From NCBI GenBank assembly GCA_951406725.2, contig OX597827.1, positions 52,948,001 through 53,012,000 of the forward strand: a stretch of 64,000 nucleotides of DNA, written 5' to 3'. Position numbers and translations under genes: made by a program. Source of the stretch: Octopus vulgaris (taxonomy: Eukaryota). The notes under the pieces were generated by a model. The model was not told the DNA's origin. It worked only from the letters and a program-made list of their open reading frames with translations, and did not search any database. Below are positions 1 through 13,300 of the stretch, piece by piece (position 1 is the stretch's first letter; every line of letters starts with the position of its first letter).

Positions 1-45
1 TTAAGATCAAGTAACAAATATTATATGAAATTTATGATTATTTAA

Positions 46-265
46 CCCTTTTGTTACCAACCCGGCTGAAACCGGCCCTGGCTCTGAGTACAAATGTTTT
101 GTTTTCATAAGTTTTGAATTAAAATTTTCCACCAAACCTTAGTCATACTTTATGATCCTAACACCAGCTGAAAGATGACTAAGTTGTTTTACTAAATTGT
201 TTGTCATATTTAAAGTAATTGAAAGAAACACAGAGCATCTCAAAATAAATACAGTAATGAAAAGG
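46..265. mobile_element. piggyBac-type MITE
   Basis: TTAA at 42-45 and 266-269 flanks imperfect CCCTTTTGTTAC...GTAATGAAAAGG terminal inverted repeats. Confidence 0.65.
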
Positions 266-349
266 TTAAGTAATGGTAAAGTTGGTGGTGATGTAATTAT
301 AAACTTTTGTTGATTGGTTTATCAAGAATCTGGTTTAAGGGTTACATAC

Positions 350-430
350 CTTCTGAAACCAATGCATCAGAAACAATTGCTTCATGCTCATCTCTTCCAT
401 TAACTTTTCCTCTTGACATAATACATCCAA
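350..430 (-). CDS. PCGF1: PCGF1 exon (RAWUL C-terminal part: [27 protein letters not shown])
   Basis: 81 nt, ttag acceptor and gtatgt donor on the minus strand, phase 0/0. Confidence 0.9.
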
Positions 431-1009
431 CTAAACATTAAGACATACAGAAGGAATATATATTAAGGGTTAACAAAATATACAGTGAAATAATTCTCTT
501 TTGGAACTGGATCTCAAAGTACATAAAAAGCTATAACTAACAGCTTGTAAATATTGTGTTGAAAAACACTTTTGGATAGAAAAATTTGAAGGCTGAACAT
601 ACAGAATATACAGAAAACATACACAAAAGCAACCAGTTGATGGTCAGTAAAATGTACAATAATAAATTTAACTTTTAAAAGTTTAAAAGTAATATATGTA
701 GAAGGGATAAGTTGGCTATCAAGTAAAATAAATAATAAAAGACGTTTAAGAGCCATTAAAGTATACACTATATGTATATATTACAAGGAGTAAACTGAGC
801 AGAAAAGAAAGCTGTTAACAGTCAATAAAGTAAAATACATTGAGCAGGTAGTTAAAAAAAAATTAATGAATATAGTACAGGCAGCATCATGTAAATTGAT
901 CTCCTTTAATATGACCACTTTAGTATAGGAAGTCTCAGGTGGGTTGATATCAAAGTGTTAAATTTATAATAATGAGAAATATTAATGGGATTAAACAAAT
1001 GTGTGTGTG

Positions 1010-1079
<70 letters not shown>

Positions 1080-1301
1080 CATATATATATATGCTTTCAA
1101 TATGTGACCTCGTGAGTACCGTTGGTGATTTTTTTCCCTCTGTCTTCCCTTCTCGGGATCTTTCCTTCTCCTATGTTTCCGACAAAGAGCTCCGCTCGAA
1201 ACGTTAAACCCTCCTTTTTCCCTTCTTTCCTGAGCGTCCAATAATACTTTATTTGTTCCACGTCCTCGCGTTGTTGTTTTTTTGTGTTTTCTTGTTTGGA
1301 T

Positions 1302-1351
<50 letters not shown>

Positions 1352-4300
1352 CACACACACATGTAAGAATAAAAACAAATGAGAACATTTAAGTCTTGTT
1401 ATTTGTTGTTTGCTCCTTCCAAGCAACCAGGATTCATAGATTGCCTCTGAGACAAAAAAAAAAAATCAGATAAAGTTCACTGTTACAAATGTATTTATAA
1501 TAAAAATAGTTAACTTACATCCAAATATTCAGGCAAGGAGAGTTTTTTCCGCAAAAGACCTTTGACTTGTGACACTAATACACGGATAGAACAACGGACA
1601 AATTTCTTCTCAAGTGGCCGTAGCTGATAGGAGCCATTCTGAACTGACTGAGGTCTAGATGAAATTTAAATAAATTAGAATTATACAAGATATCAAGCTA
1701 TTCCATTTCTATATTTTTGGTATGTGCTATTTTTCATAGAATTATGTATCAACCTTATGTTTCTCTGAAACCAATTTTTTGATCTGGTATACAACCTTGG
1801 GATTATAAAATGACCATGTGGCTTATTGGTTAGGGTATTCAGTTCACGATTGTATGATCGTGACCTCTTCAGTGACTCTCTACCCCACATATGGAGTGTT
1901 GCTGAAGAGGTCACAGGATGTGTGACAAAAGATCTCCAAACAAAGAACATAAAATAAGAACAATAATAAATCTGAAGTGAAGAATGAATATATAGTGTGT
2001 GTGTGTTTTTTTGACAAATGAAATAAAAAATGACCATCCTTGAAATATGACAATAAATTGATTAATCATATACAAGAATGTTGTTGACAGTGACTTCAAA
2101 TTTTGGCCAGCTAAGCCATCATTGGAATACACACACATATGCATGTATGTGTGTATACCTTTAAGTGTATATTTTTATATTCATTTTCTTTGTTAATATG
2201 AATATGTTTCAAATCTATGTAACTGTATAAAAATTGAGAAAATATTGGTAAAACTCACAACTTAGTTACCTTACCTACAAACAACCACTTAAAAACGAAG
2301 TAGAACTGTTTGAACAAGTTTCCAGTTAAATCTTCAGAAGTATTGGGTCATCCATAAATAATGTGGTTTTTTCAATTGCATGAACTAAAAGTTGGAGGGG
2401 GATGGGATAAACTACCTGCATCAACTTGCTATAAAAGCAGGTAGTAATTGTATTTTGTTCTTCTTTTTAGTGCAAGTTTTGAAGAGTGCAATTCGATTTT
2501 AACAGTTGTTTTTTCAAAGCTATAATGGAAGTGACAAAGGAGCATATTCAGAATGTTTTGCTTTACGAGTTTAATAAAGGCAACAACACAATGGAAAGTG
2601 TGAGGAACATTAATGCAGTATATGGGAATTGAACAATAAGCATAAGCCAGTGTCAGCGGTGGTTCCAGAAATTCCAAACTGGAAACTACAGCCTAGAAGA
2701 TGAATCGCTTCCTGGAAGATCTGTAGATCTCAATGAGGACATCCTGCAAACCCTGGTGGAACAAAATCCCATCGTAACTCTTGAAGAACTAGTAGAGAAG
2801 CTTGGATTTGGTCATTCAACCATTCATCAACACCTGTGTGCCATTGGAAAAGTCAGCAAATAGGGTCAATGGGCTCCTCACAAACTTTCTGAGTCTAATT
2901 GTGCACAGAGTGAATGTGTGCTCTTCTTTGCTATCACATCTCACATACAAATCTTTTTTGGACTGAATAGTGACTGGTGACAAGAAATGGGTTCTCTATA
3001 AAAATGTCCAGTGCCGAAGACAGTGGGTAGGGAGAGGAGAAACACAGGCACCCCAGGCTAAAGAAGGTCTTCACCCACGTAAGGTGATGTTATCTGTTTG
3101 GTGAGATATGAAAGGTTTAGTCCACTTTGAACTTTTAAACCTAAACCAAATGATAACAAAGGAGATCTACTGTCAGCAGCTTAAGTCAGCACTAGAAGAA
3201 AAACGACCATCTTTGGTTTCTTCCATCAGGAAATGTTCGGCCACATACAGTGAGGATGATATTCCAAAGGCTGGAGCAGTTTGAATGGGAAACGATGCTC
3301 CACCCACCATATTTGCTGGACATTGCCCCATCTGATTATCATTTATTCCACAGCCTTCAAAATCATTTGGATGGAAAAATTATGAATTCTGTAGACTAGG
3401 TCAGAACAGAACTGGAGGAGTATTTTTCATCATGGACAAGTGAATTTTGGAAGAGGGGCCTGACAAGTCTACCAGATAGAATAGAAGAGCATTGTAGAAA
3501 ATGAAGGAGAGTATATTTTAGATTAAAAAAGAACTTTGTTTATCTTAGTTTTGAAAAATAAAAGAAGTATAAAGAAATGCATTATTCATGGGATAACACA
3601 ATACATAAGAGCAATGTGTCATATTTAGCATAATTCTGTGGTTGTTATTATGTAGTACTAAGTTAGTTCTGATAAAACGACTTCTGGGTGATAGGTACGT
3701 AGTTGAACACCTAGGTGCTATTGACAGATTCCTTGTTTCAGTTAAACCTATCCTTGTCTAATAGAGGACTGTATTCTACTCTCAGATAATAAGTGGTTTA
3801 TCTCATGTGGCATCAACTGATAAAACCCAACCTATTCAGGCTGTTTTCATGGTGATCTCAGTAGAGTTTAGCAAGGTGACCTTAGAACACAACAGTTGTC
3901 ATTCATCTACACTCATCATTGGAAATGTTTATCCCAAGTGTTGAGGAGCTAATGAAGTTATTAGTGTTGCTGCTATTTTTGTATGCACATATTTTTTAAA
4001 GTTTGTCTGGACAAAGTGGTGAAATAAGTGTTCTGGGGTGTTTGGTTTTCACACTGTTGACTTTTCCTCCTCTGACTGCAATCCCAGTGTGACCATCCTG
4101 TTTTGTTTTGTTTCTTTTCTTGCATTATGTACCCAAGGTTACATTATCCAGGGTGCCCCTCCTTATTAAATTGGTAGGATGTGATTTTGATGGAAGATTT
4201 GACAACTAATTTTACAACAGGTTGAACATTTATGTAAGAAGTCCTCTCACTGGCTTGAAAACAAATTGATAGAAAAACAGTTTGAACAAGTGACTCTGTA

Positions 4301-7300
4301 ACCCAGTAGTTAATCTTATGACTATTCTGTATCTATGGAATAAATTCATATTTGTAAAAGTATTCCAACTTACCCATATCGCTCTAAACAGAGACAAATT
4401 TGTTCATCAAATCTATATTGGTGTCCATCAGGGTGGTTTATAATTGTTGATGGTTTCAATAGAGTATTTTCATCTCCTGTAGGAATAAAAGAGTGTTATG
4501 AGTAACTACTGAAATACAAATTTATGTTTTATATAGAAAAGGCAGTGAGAAAAAATTAAGAGATATAAACTAGTGGTTATATCAGAATTATGTTACATAT
4601 ACACTATATAAATTGTTTGCATTCCATCTTGGAAAATAATAAATCTCCACAAATTATATATATAATTGATCAACATCATCACCATAATACCAGTAATATT
4701 ATGTGTCTGTTTACCTAGCACTCAAGAAGTGGTACTAGATTATCAAGGAATCTTACTGGCATTCCATCCAGCTATAAAACTACAGTTAAATAGTTTCTCT
4801 TAAGAGACTTTGAAAAATATTTAATTTTCTATATAACTCACTATATTATTACTAACAGTGTTCCACCACCACAACCATTCACATAGCAGACAGTTTTTCA
4901 CTTATCAATACTCTATTATCCCCTCTTAAAGCTGTGTCCACCCAGTAGCCCTATGGTTATTTGAAAATTATTGATTCTAGAAGCCCTATCTGAATACATT
5001 TTACTCACCCAACTTTCTGCTTTCCATCATTCATAAGACACCTTGCCATTCAATCTCCTTATAGAACACCTTACTAATATTTCCTTTAAAGAAATTCATG
5101 TTTCCAGAAGCCCTTTCCTATACATCAGTTATCCTGACCCTCACCTAATTAAGGAGACCTAAAAAGAATGTTATAGACATATTATCCCCACCCACTCAGC
5201 TAACTAATAATAATCAAAGCATTGAGAGAACCTCTATGTGATTTAGACCAACTAGAAATAGCAGTCAAATCTACTTCAAATTACACTACTGTCTTAGAAG
5301 AGGAAGAACATATTATACAATATAGTCTTGGATATGCAAATGACAGAATAATCTCAAGTGGAAGATCTTTGATCATAGTCTACTCAATCAAGATAACCAC
5401 AAGTAACTAATAGTAATAAAAAAACACCCAGAATTCCTAGATCAAAATCCTAATGAACTTTGCAAAATACTCTTACCATCTTTCTTTTCATTTCCAAGGC
5501 CACGGGAGTTATAAAATTCTTCCCTTCTCTTCTCTTCATCTGAAATACAAATAATAAGAATATTGCAATTCCAAGAAATACAAAAAACATGGAAAATAAT
5601 CTAAACTAAATAATGCACTGTATTTTATTACTGAAGAAGAAAATAACTTTTAACCAAAATAAATATTATTTTTAAAATATTTGTCAAAATTAAATGACCA
5701 AAAATTAACAAGGCTTTTCTTGATAACTCTTATAAAATTATATCTTTAAATTGTATAAAAAATTAATGTTTTGAAATGAACGTTTTTTTATGCTTTTTCT
5801 GTAAAATAACTTACTTTCAAAGAGTCCAGGCACTAACTTATAGACAATATCCTGTAATGTCCGGTCAGCCCTCAAGTTTGCCAAAGGCTGGGTTTCATGA
5901 ATTTTCATATTACAATGAGGACAACATTTGCTACTTTGAAGATACTTAACAATGCAGCTTTTACAAACTGAAATGTAAAAAAAGAATACTATTTTTGATA
6001 TATCACTGGAGATATTACAAAAAATTATACACTGAAGCTGATATATTAAATTCTGTGGTATAATATAATAGCAATGAAGTATCTAACTGTGTCACAATAT
6101 AATGCTGACGCTGTGACTTTATACAAAGCTGAAGAGTCATAGCAAGGCAAGTTATTCGTAAGGCAACTTTTTGTCAAAAAGTTAAAATTCATAAAAATGC
6201 TTGTTTCAAGGTTAAGCCAAAGATAAAAAACATTTTTTTATGATTAATCATCATAATTAATTACTTCTTAAAGTTAATAAAGTTAAAATCAAGCAATAAT
6301 GTTAAAAATAAGGTTGAAAAAATGAAATTTTACTCAAAAGAATTTTTTTTCTTTTGATTAGATACTGCAAAGAATAAATAGATTCATTGATATATAATTT
6401 TATGTATTGATTAAACTTAAATTTGTTATCTATATCTGCTAGTTTTTAGTAGAGGTGTTGTATTGGACTACCACTTCAGATCTATTTTTAGCACTCCCTC
6501 TGACTTGTCCTACCCATTAATGTTGAAAATTATTGGACACCAGGTGTATCTAGTCATTTGAACAAAAGTCTAGCATGTCTATATGGCTTTCCTGTGAGAC
6601 AAATTTCTTACTACAAGGTACTTTTATCGGTATTAGTTATTGGTGATTGATACCAACTGTTAGTACTGATTATTTGCATCTTTTCTCCAGTTCATGAAAC
6701 AGGCATCTTCAAGAATAGAATTATTTACTACCACCCAATTGTAAGTGTATTTGCCTACAGTTTTAATTATTTGCACCTGTTCTTTAGGAATTTTAAATTT
6801 ACCACCAAAAGTAAGCATTTTTCCTTACTATTTTTTTCCCTATATGTAAATGTACAGTTTGCTAGCTGTTTCACAATGATATTTTGATATATATTTTTTA
6901 TGTACTGCTTTAATTTGTTTGTTAACTATTACATAAATTTTTATCTGAGGTTTATTGAATTGAATCATTTTCTTTCACTTGCATTGCTGGGTCTTTTTGA
7001 GGTTGATTGTGGAGTTCTTTTGTCGTTGCCTTATTGAGCTTCTGTTTTCCTGTTTCAAGTAATTTTAATTTTGATCATTATGATTTTATTATTCTTAACT
7101 CAGATGCTGAAGCAAAAAACAGAAACATTCTCAAAAGAATTTGTATTGACTCATAATACCCAGTTACATTGCTGATTGTGTCTCACTGACGTCAACTGCG
7201 ATAAAAGGCATTTTGTTGAGTCACACAGAATGAGCAAAAATTATCAAATCTATCTTTAAAAGACTACTAAAATTGAACAGCCACCTATCAAATTGTTTGA

Positions 7301-10300
7301 ATTTACCAAAAATGATCAATCTTGGGGTGAAATTGTGACCAAAACATTTCTTGGGACTGACGTTCCTTTGCACAAGCTCACTAATCCAAGTTTGAGATGT
7401 TTCTTTAATTCTCTCAATAAACCACTGCCATCTCAGTGTAAGTGCTGAAAATATGTTGATACGCTAAGTGCAAACATGGTTGAAAATTGCAAGCGCTGCT
7501 GGCTGATCAAAATATATTTTAAATTGTTGACAAAAGTGAGATCAATAACAAAAAATTGCTAATGTACTTATTGGTTCAGTTAAAAAATCTTCAAAAACGT
7601 TTTTAATAGAATGTTTGCCACTAGAATCAACTTTAATAGTTTAATATTATACCTGCCAAGCTATTTTCACTTCTACATATTGCCAGTGGAACGTAAAAAG
7701 CACCCACTACACTCATGGAGTGGTTGGCGTTAGGAAGGGCATCCAGCCGTAGAAACATTGCCAGATCAGACTGGGCCTGGTGCAGCCTTCTGGTTTCCCA
7801 GACCCCAGTTGCACCGTCCAACCCATGCCAGCATGGAAAGCGGACGCTAAACGATGATGATGATGATGATGATATTGCAGAATGTAAACATATGTTCCTT
7901 CATTTAATTAGCTGCAATTTCCAAAACAAACTAAGATATGTATTAGAAGCTGATAGGTGATGGAGGAAGTGGATGGTTGGTGGAAGAAGATTATATTTAT
8001 ATGATTCTAGTCCACTTTTAAGTATCAGATACATTTGACATGTACAGAAAAGTATTATTAAATCAACTCACATGTATGAAGGCATTCTGTGATAGTGGTA
8101 GCATCTATGAAATAGCCTGCACATAGTGAACACACAATGTGTGGGTTCACCTGACGGATACGGATTTTCATCATCTATAAGAAAAAAATTTAATTAGTTT
8201 TATTACAACAAATATAATATAATAATAATAGATGGCAAGACCTGTAGAAATGCTATGTTTTATAAATTTTCATACTTTATTTTACTGCATAAATTTATTT
8301 GTCCTCATGACATTATGATAAAAATTTGCGAGGAAGTGCTTTTCCAAGCATTCAAATTCACACATGAGCATTTGAGTTCAGAATAATTTTATTCAACTTA
8401 GCACTAATTTTACAGGTGTGTTTTTACTCATATTCTAAGAAGTGAATGTTAAAAATGACAAATTTAAATGGCAAGTTTTGTCATGAAAATTTTATTATGT
8501 TGCTATAGCTACTACGAAGAAATAAATCACATGATTCTTCTGTCCACGAAAGTCTTTTCCATTGCAATATTTGTAACCAGTTGGTATCAGTGGCTTTTCA
8601 TATCCCTTTCTCTTACAGAAACTTGTAATCATGGAGCCACATGTAAGGTACATGTGTATATCAGATGAAGATAGGGCAAAGCTGGTTGATGCCTTTGAGG
8701 GGCATCAAACTGACTACCTGAAACTGACAGACACACTTGGCATTAAAAGAAGTACTGCCTGATCTATAACAACCTACCTATGGTCTGGGATGTGCCACAA
8801 GTTGCCCAGAGGAAGTGTCCACCACATTAAGGTTGATGAGTAAATGCAAGCCAAGCTTCAGGTGATTATTGATGCCAGCCCACTCACAACCCTTCAACAA
8901 ATGAAGGACTTAGAGGGAGCATTGCCCAGAAAGCTGCCCGTTTCCATGTCTGCAATCTCACAGGTTCTAGATGGGATGTTGATAACTATGAAGTTGGCGA
9001 AAGATGTTCCTGATGCAAGAAATTCCCCAAGAACTCTGGAAAAGTGTTATGAGTACGCGCATTGGTTCATGGAAAAGGGAGTCGTCAGCCATTGCGTATT
9101 CATTGATGTGAGTACAACATTTGGACCAGGTAGTCTTTTGGATGAGCCCCTCGAGGCATTCCTGCTTGCCAAGTTGTCAACCGTCAGTGTGGGAAAAACT
9201 ATGTCACTTTTGCAGTGTTAGGAGAAATCGACCTGGTTCACCATTCCATTATGAATGATACAGTTACACAAAACTCTTTCCAAGAGTTCTTGGCAGAAAC
9301 AGTTCAAGCAAGTGCCAATATGTTCCCAGCAGATGAATCCGTCTACTAGAGCTATGACAATGCACTGCCACGTGTTTGTGCCGAGCTCCCAGCTGATGCC
9401 AACCCATGGATCAATTTGAAACTCCCACCTCCCTACTTGACATTTCTTAATTGTATGGAAATGGCACATTCTGCCTTTAAGGTGGTTGTCAAGCGGAACC
9501 TCATTTGAGCTGAGTTGCAGCAAAGGGTTGGCAACTGGGCATCTGCAGAAGAAGCTGGCATGATCATGGAAGAATGGTGAATACATATCATCATACAAGA
9601 GGTCACAAGGCATAACATCAATGCTATCACTCCAGAAAATTGTGTTCGTTAGTATAGACATGCCCAGACCTACTTCCTGAGATGCCCCGATCACCAGGAA
9701 ATAGACAGCTAAATCCTCTTAAATGAACTCTCCTTATGAGGACTGTAAATCAATAATTATCTTAGAGTACATAGCACCCTTTCCCCGATGAAAGAAAAAT
9801 GCAAAATCAAAGAAATATATACTTTTCCCAACAAGACATATTATGCAAAGTAAGAACACATATCACAAAATAATGTATTCAAAATGAAAGAAAATGAGCA
9901 TTTGTTGTAACTGTGAGTTTCTTTAAAAGACTGAAAAGGCTGGAATGCGATTTCATGAAATCTTTAACAATAAATACCTGTACCTATGCAAAAATGAAAG
10001 AATACATAGAAAAGACATGGACACAATAGATTGCTTAAAACATAAACAAAGGATGAAAACACATGATTATGATAACAATGATCATGAGATAAAACCAAAA
10101 CAGCTTTCATGCTAAGTTGATTGCTCAAAGTGTTAAACAGATTGCTCTGAAATGAATCTGAATGTTCGAAAAGATACTTCCTCACATTCTGACTAATTTG
10201 AATGCTCTCAACGGGCATTTTAATTTGAATGATGCGGATGCTAAATTCTTTGACTGAAGTGTGAAACTGATTGATTGTAAAACGAATTTGAATGACTAAC

Positions 10301-13300
10301 TTCATGGAGCTAAATTTTTCCTGACTTTCAATAACCCAATTATCAAATTGAATGACAAACATATAAAAATGACTGCAAAAACTTATATTATATGCTTTGA
10401 AATAAGGGGAGGCTGAAAATAAAAATAATTTCCCCACTACAATGCACCATTTTCAAGTAGTTAGTAAGACACAAGTAACATACATGTAACTTTGGAAATC
10501 ACCTTCCAACGATCTCATTCACTAGGGGTTATTCAAGCCATTGACTTTGAGAAAAAAGTCAAAACTCTTTTTAAAGTTTGGAAGAAAATTCGATATTCAT
10601 GATCTCTTGAAGCTGCTTGAGAGTGTACCAAATTAAGTGAATGTGTATAACAATGTACAACTTCTGTCAGTGGTGCAGCTTTTCTGTCTTTACTGACATT
10701 GGCTTATCCCTTAAACCTTTCCTTCTCAACAAATCACAAAACATGTGACAGTTAAGATTTCATTTGAGGGTTTGTAGTCTCACCAAACATAACAGCTACA
10801 AAAGCTGTTTTTTTTTTTTATCGTTGGCTTAATTACACCTTCACTTGTAACAGCTATACAATAAAATGATTTTGTTTTGAATATCACTTGAAAGTGATAT
10901 TCGTTTTCAATATCACTTCAAAGCTGAGAAAAAGTGTTCTTACATTGACAAACTAACAGACATAGGAAACAGAAAAATTTGTTCAGAATTGGTCATCTCA
11001 TCTTTCGCTCTTTCAATCAAAATAACGATGACATGCCTTGCTGCCCACTTCGGTTTTGATTTTCAGCTTATGTGGTTGAGAAGCAAGCTTTTTACCACAC
11101 AGCCATATATATATATATGACTGAAACAAGTAAAAGAGTAGAAATTTCAACTGTGGAAGTAAAGCATTGAATAGAGAATCCTCAAAGTAAACCTAAAAGT
11201 TTTATTTAGCAGCTAGCTCAGAAGATAAGACTGCTGCTATCTGGGAAGTGACTATGCTTGATATGCAGAAAAAAAGTAGGTAGGAATTTCCACACAGTGT
11301 ACTTGATATAAGCTTCACACATGGCAGATGTTCAGAAGTAATTAACAGTAAGAACATCAAAGTCTTTCATATGATTGAAAAGCTCCATACAAGTAGCTGA
11401 CAACTTCTACTACCCAGGTGATTTAATTAACAGTTGAGATGGAAGCTCCGAAAGTATAATAGTTAGAGTAAGATTAAAGTAAAAAATGCTTAGGGAGTTC
11501 TGCTGGCAACAAAGTAATTCTCTGAATGAAGATTAGCCTCAATATAAAGTGTGATATTGTATTTTACTAAAATATGGGCATTGAATGAAGAGGATTTGTG
11601 AAAGCTAGAAAGAAATTATATGAAAGAAATTATACTAACATAATACAGCATGCATTAACAAAACCCACTTAGAAATGTTTGTGCAGTAAGGAAGAGAAAA
11701 CAGCTCAATGAATGATATTTTAATCATTTCAGCAAGTATGGGAGATAACTCCAGATATAGCTTGATCTTATTAGACTTCCTCAGCTAAGCACTTGCATCA
11801 ACATACTTTCCTATACACTGATGAGAGAATCAGGAAGGTAATCTACAATATTGGACTTGAGCAGGCACAAAAAGTTAGCATATTAATTATTCAACTAATA
11901 GTATCTTTTCTTCACCACATAAGTATCTATCATTTGATTTTGGATAGTCATTACATTTTCAAATATAATATATCATTATTACTTTGTATTAAAAAATGAG
12001 CTGGCAGAATCATTAGTGTTGAAAATAAGATGTTTGGCTGCTTTTTTCCAGCTCTTTACCTTCAGAATTCAAATCCTATAGGGGTCAACTTTGCTTCCAG
12101 TGTTAATAAAATAAAGTACCAATCAAGTACTGCAGTCAATAGTCTAAACTAAACCCCTCTCCCTAAAACTGTATTGTACCTAAATTAGAAACTATTATTT
12201 CTTTGTATAAGGTAGCAAGCTGACAGAATTGTTAAAGCATTAGAATAAATGTTTTGCAGTTTTTCTTCTAGCTCTATACATTCTGAGTTCAAATCTTGCC
12301 TGAGATTAACTTTGCTTTTCATCTTCCCGAAGTTGATAAGATATAGTACCAGTTAAATACTGCAGTTGATTTACAGTTGATGCAATCAACTACTGTCTCA
12401 AAAATTGCCGACCATGTGCCTAAATTAGAAACAATTATTTATTTGCCTTAAATCAGTAGTTCTCAACCAGGGTCCATATGACACTCGGCGGTTTATATAA
12501 GGTTTTGTTGTTAAAATTTATTGGTTATACTTCTGCAATACACAAAATATTTTAACATTTTTAAAATACATTTCCTAACAATATTCATATATAAGAATAT
12601 AAAAATATAATGGGATATTTTTAAACACCAAATAGCTGTGGGGTCCAGTAGAGTAAAATAAAAATCGAAAGAGGTACACAGGCACAAAATGGTCGCGGAC
12701 ACTACATTAAATTATAACTAGAATCCTGAAGTTTACAGTCCGAAACAGATATTTCAAAATAAATAGTAAACAGACTGATTCATTTAGGTGATTCTGCATT
12801 CAATATCAACATAATTTAGTACAATTTTACATATTATTGGTTAGGAGTTAGGGAGTTAGGGTCAGTGGGTTGAAGTTAAGTTTAGGGTTTGGCTCGAGTT
12901 TAGGACTAAGGGAAGAGATAGTCACGGTTGGAAAGCTGTAATGGTGTTGAAATTTCTCTGTACATAAATACGACTCGTATTTATAGTGTATATGAAAACA
13001 AAAATAAATCGGACTGTCTAATGTTTGTTTTGAAATTTTTCTACTTACAACTGTAAAGACTGGAATGCAAATTATACTGTGTTTTTTTTAAAAAAGTACA
13101 AATAGAAGAGGGATTGAGAATTATGTTTTTGCTTTTCTTGACATGGGTTTAGTAAAAGTAGCTCCAACCAAGAAAACGAAACTGACTTATTGGTTCCAGG
13201 CATGCCTGTGTTTACATAATAACAAATAACAATCCATAAACCCTAAGATTTCCAGGCAAACGAAACGATTACCAACTTAACACAAAACTGCACATTTAGG

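Noticed and set aside
7633-7960. Recurrent short ORFs such as [14 protein letters not shown] and [10 protein letters not shown]
   Set aside because: They are translations of SINE-like repeats present in many copies, not genes.
10660-10700. [14 protein letters not shown] as a possible PCGF1 first exon
   Set aside because: The frame continues into [10 protein letters not shown], a hAT transposase motif, and the donor is poor.
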